Origin: Lepidodermella squamata
Taxonomy: Eukaryota > Animalia > Gastrotricha
NCBI GenBank assembly: GCA_047495785.1
Contig: JBLDXI010000054.1
Location: 3,968,001 to 4,032,000 of the forward strand
Reading direction: 5' to 3'
Length of the DNA stretch: 64,000 nt
Shown here: one piece after another, positions 60,594 to 64,000 of the stretch
Layout of the letters: each line of letters begins with the position of its first letter
How positions within the stretch are numbered: position 1 is the first letter of the stretch
Made by a program: the position numbers and the translations under genes
Notes under the pieces: generated by a model
Seen by the model: only the letters and a program-made list of their open reading frames with translations
Database searches by the model: none
What the model was told of the DNA's origin: nothing

Positions 60594-61904
60594 ATGAGTG
60601 TACCTACTCTAATCGCGTGTTTGCTGGTTTTTGCTTGTGTTTGGTCATGCACTTCAGCATCCGTAAGTTACTCTATTCTGTTTGGCTTCAATATCAGCAA
60701 GAGATGCCACCTTTTAGCCGCGTTTGGAAGCACTTGCTAGGGTTCCAGACAAAATCACGAATGAGCAGATAGCTGCATTGGACAGTTTATACACTCGCCA
60801 GAAGCTTTACCAATTTACTAAGCCACTCTTGGTTGTTCGACACGTCAACTCCGGTGGTCATGAAGCCGTCAGATCTGTAAGCTATTGAGCCGCTCTCAAT
60901 GCACAGTTTTAATGATTACTTTATTCTTTAGTATCTCTCAAATTTCTTCAAAGAACGCAGATATGTGACCGAGGAGCATGTATTTCAGAGCCAAATGCCC
61001 AACGGGACTTGGTTTACTGGTGCAAACATAATTGCTACCAGCAAAAGCTACTCGTCAACCACTAGGCGATTGGTGTTGTCTTGTCACTGGGACTCTAAAT
61101 ACTTCGCCGAGTTCGATTTTATCGGCGCTACAGATTCAGCGGTACCCTGTGGTATCTTGTTATGGATTGCCGACGTACTGAAGCCTGTATTTTCGGATCC
61201 AACCAATAACCAGTTGTTACGCAAGGCGAACGTTGCTCTGCAGTTTGTATTCTTCGACGGAGAGGAAGCAATTGAGGAATGGACAGATAGTGACTCAATC
61301 TACGGATCACGAATGCTGGCTGAAAAATGGGCTCGGTAATTACTTCTTTGATATTTTAGAGTTTATTTTATGCGCTTTTTCTCCCTTTTAGTGAGAACAA
61401 ACTTTCTGGTATCGACGCTTTGGTTTTGCTAGACCTCCTGGGCACTAAAAGTAAACTTTTTACAATAATGTAATGTGTTGTGTTACTTCACTTCGCCATG
61501 TAGATCCTGCCTTTTATTCGTTTTTCGAGGAAACGTTCCCGATGTTCTCGACATTCAGCGATGCCGAAACACGACTGAGGAATCATTGGACCAGGCTGAG
61601 TTCGTCGGCGAATGCTTTGCCAGCAATTTTCAGCACTAGGCGCAGTTCCGGCTCTGTCTCAGACGATCATTTACCCTTCTTGAGGCGTAGCGTTCCGATT
61701 GTGCACATGATTAGTGTCCCATTCCCTTCCGTCTGGCACACTGCTGATGACAATGAGGCCAGTATTGATTGGGAAACTGTTGACCGTTTGGCTCGCGTCT
61801 TTTTGGTTTTCACTGTTCGCCATTTGAACGCGATGATTGCAGCTACTGGATCTACTGGGACGCTGATGCTACCCGATGGTTCGTATTCTGGTCAGATGGG
61901 TTGA
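60594..61904 (+). CDS. QPCT: Glutaminyl-peptide cyclotransferase, secreted
   Basis: Signal peptide; CHWDSKYF, GATDSAVPC, FFDGEEA, DSIYGSR, LDLLG, DDHLPFL, PFPSVWHT. Five exons. Confidence 0.93.
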
Positions 61905-62047
61905 AAGCAATATATATTTTATTTCTTCGTGAAACTGCTTGAATAACACCTTATACTGGCTTTGGAAATTAGAGGAAAAATTAATTTAGCTTGTGCTGAT
62001 TTATGTTTTGGGGAACTAACTGGGTGCTCAGGAAAACATTTGTCATT

Positions 62048-62533
62048 TCCAGATTAAATAACATTGTTGAATTTTCCAGATGGTATCAAAGCTGAAGATG
62101 AACTATAGAAGCGGGCGAGCTGAGAAAATTAACCTTTAATAAACTGCTTTCACTAATTTTTCGTAGCCAATATAAGTTATGTGGATCAAGCGGTGGCACT
62201 TAGTCAAGGTTGTTGTCCTGGATTTGGTCTGTGCGGTGTTATGAACTGCTCGGTTGTGTATATAGTCCTGGTGATGCTGTTATATTATATTTGTGTGCGA
62301 AATTCCCGATATGGCGTGTTCAACCTCTCCAGATTAAAATAACTTTCCAAGATGGTATCAAAGCGGAAGATGAACGCTGGGCGAGCTGAGAAAATTAACC
62401 TTTCATTAACCGCTTTCACTAACTTGGTCTGTGCGTGGTTATAAACTGCTACCTATGTGTTGTATTTAGTCCTGGTGATGCTGTTATATTATATTTGCGT
62501 GCGACATTCTCGATATGGTGTGTTCAACCTCTC
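62048..62533. repeat. Diverged tandem duplication (~280 and ~205 bp units)
   Basis: GATGGTATCAAAGC..GGGCGAGCTGAGAAAATTAACCTTT..GTCCTGGTGATGCTGTTATATTATATTTG..GTGTTCAACCTCTC occurs twice. Confidence 0.9.
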
Positions 62534-62869
62534 GTTTCTACACATATTCATTCAATATTGTATTTTTGGTAAATTTAATCACGCCCAAACACTGGCAATG
62601 CAAATCTATGATGCCTAATTTTTTATGTCTGCGGGACGTTCCTTTCAATTTCTGTGGCCTTTTCATCACATGACTTGTTTGCCAAAGAAATGGCAATATT
62701 TTCAAATGCTGTTGTGCTCCATAATGCAAAGGTACCACTGATGTAACAATATCTGATATGCTGATCCTTTTGTATAACCTTTTTTCTGCGTAAATTTTTG
62801 AAAGTGAAGCCTTGGGATATCCGTTGTTTTACAATTTGCTTTTTTGTAATTTTTAGATTTTTTTAATAA

Positions 62870-63730
62870 ATGGATTTATCCCCCGAGCAGAAGGAAGTGA
62901 AAGATGAGACGAAAGTCAAGAGGACTCGAAATAGACTTGAAGCTTTAGAGCCAAGTTTTCAAGCCTTCGATGCTGAGCTGGAAGCTCTTAAAGGCGACCT
63001 GACCCTACTAGTCAATCAATTCGCATCGATGCAAACGCCTGATTACGTTAATTTCGTCAGCGTTTGGGCAGAAATGCGAATGGCCGAGATGATTGTCATT
63101 GCAACCGGTCAGAGACCGAACCGAGAGTTGCGTTTCATCTTGGAATTGGCACTCGAGCATGTCGCTAGTCTATTCGCAGAATCGACAGACAATAATTGGC
63201 GGCATTACGGCGCTTTCTATCTCATGTATTCGATGTATTTCATTCAGCCGACCATTCCGAAAATCAAAATTCGCTTCACAATTGAAATGTGGGAGACGAT
63301 GAAGAGGCTGGTGGAGGACGCGATGGCTAATGAACAGTGGGACATGGTTTACGTAGGCGCGGCTTTGCTTGAGGCTGACGCTTTTCATTTTGTAGCGACT
63401 CGAGACCCGTTAGTGCCACTCATGAACAACCGTCGAGCGATGAAATTCAAGCGGGCGACTGATAAGGGGGCAACTGCGACTGCTGGAGTTGTTGAACCCC
63501 CGGCGACTAGTGCTGAAAAGGCGGTCTCGATTGAGGCGTTGCTAAAACGGTTATCCCGGGATACAGATGAATTCGAACTTGCTCAAGGTGAATACCTGGA
63601 GGCGAAACAAGCGTTAGGATCTCTCAGATTGCCAGGTCTCGACCGCGTACCGGATACTGGCATCGGAAAAGACGTTTTAGCGAAAATTCGGCGGCTTGCG
63701 GATACCTCTTTTCTATCATCTTCAAAATGA
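62870..63730 (+). CDS. SNAPC1: snRNA-activating protein complex subunit 1 (SNAP43)
   Basis: DL..LVNQF..YVNFVSVWAEM; GAFYLMYSMYFIQP..KIRFTIEMW; AFHFVA. Confidence 0.8.
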   Translation: MDLSPEQKEVKDETKVKRTRNRLEALEPSFQAFDAELEALKGDLTLLVNQFASMQTPDYVNFVSVWAEMRMAEMIVIATGQRPNRELRFILELALEHVASLFAESTDNNWRHYGAFYLMYSMYFIQPTIPKIKIRFTIEMWETMKRLVEDAMANEQWDMVYVGAALLEADAFHFVATRDPLVPLMNNRRAMKFKRATDKGATATAGVVEPPATSAEKAVSIEALLKRLSRDTDEFELAQGEYLEAKQALGSLRLPGLDRVPDTGIGKDVLAKIRRLADTSFLSSSK

Positions 63731-63842
63731 ACAGCTCAATCGATCTTTTTTTACTGTGAATATAACGACCTTATTTCAATGCGCCGTGTTTCTTCTATTG
63801 TAGGTGACTTTTAACCAAGTGTGATAGTCAACTGCTGCGACA

Positions 63843-63890
63843 ATGGTCACCATTGTCAATTCGGTCGATACGACCCATGAGGACATGGTG
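63843..63890 (+). CDS. SEC13: SEC13 first coding exon (gene continues beyond the window)
   Basis: MVTIVNSVDTTHEDMV followed by a GTAAGT donor matches the conserved SEC13 N-terminus. Confidence 0.85.
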
Positions 63891-64000
63891 GTAAGTATTT
63901 TTTATTTCTTGAAAAATTCTCATTGAATGCGATTATAAAGTAACAAGATTCAAGAACGTTAGAAACTAAACCTGTCTCTAATCCGCCTCTCTGAAAAGTA

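Noticed and set aside
1-64000. tRNA, rRNA or spliceosomal snRNA genes
   Set aside because: None recognised by eye; a covariance-model scan would be needed to exclude them.

Overview
Gene-dense eukaryotic DNA from a compact invertebrate (metazoan) genome, with many 50-65 nt GT-AG introns; the species cannot be determined from the sequence. From left to right: a carbonyl-reductase (CBR-type SDR) cluster of three paralogues, two of which lack the catalytic Tyr. The cluster is split by a ~12 kb block bounded by ~430 bp direct repeats. That block holds two stand-alone Mind-bomb MZM (Mib-herc2/ZZ/Mib-herc2) genes, a DNAJB6-like gene, a NEK-type kinase with two SAM-like repeats, a small hairpin element and a 5'-truncated LINE with intact ORF2. 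Next come three tandem FN3-like cell-surface genes and an APAF1-type NB-ARC/ankyrin gene. These are followed by an EVG1-TAF3-PRPF19 run in which PRPF19 sits on the same strand between the TAF3 body and the TAF3 PHD exon. The rest comprises a decayed hAT transposase, SRRT/ARS2 with a candidate H/ACA RNA in an intron, ELKS/CAST with alternative ends and a repeat-rich tail, two UNC-93/MFS-like genes, a CD225 gene, SUOX, QPCT, SNAPC1 and the first coding exon of SEC13. Many co-oriented genes are only 54-180 nt apart and have a splice acceptor shortly before the ATG, suggesting operons resolved by spliced-leader trans-splicing. Gene models were assembled by eye, and family calls rest on motif recognition, not database searches.
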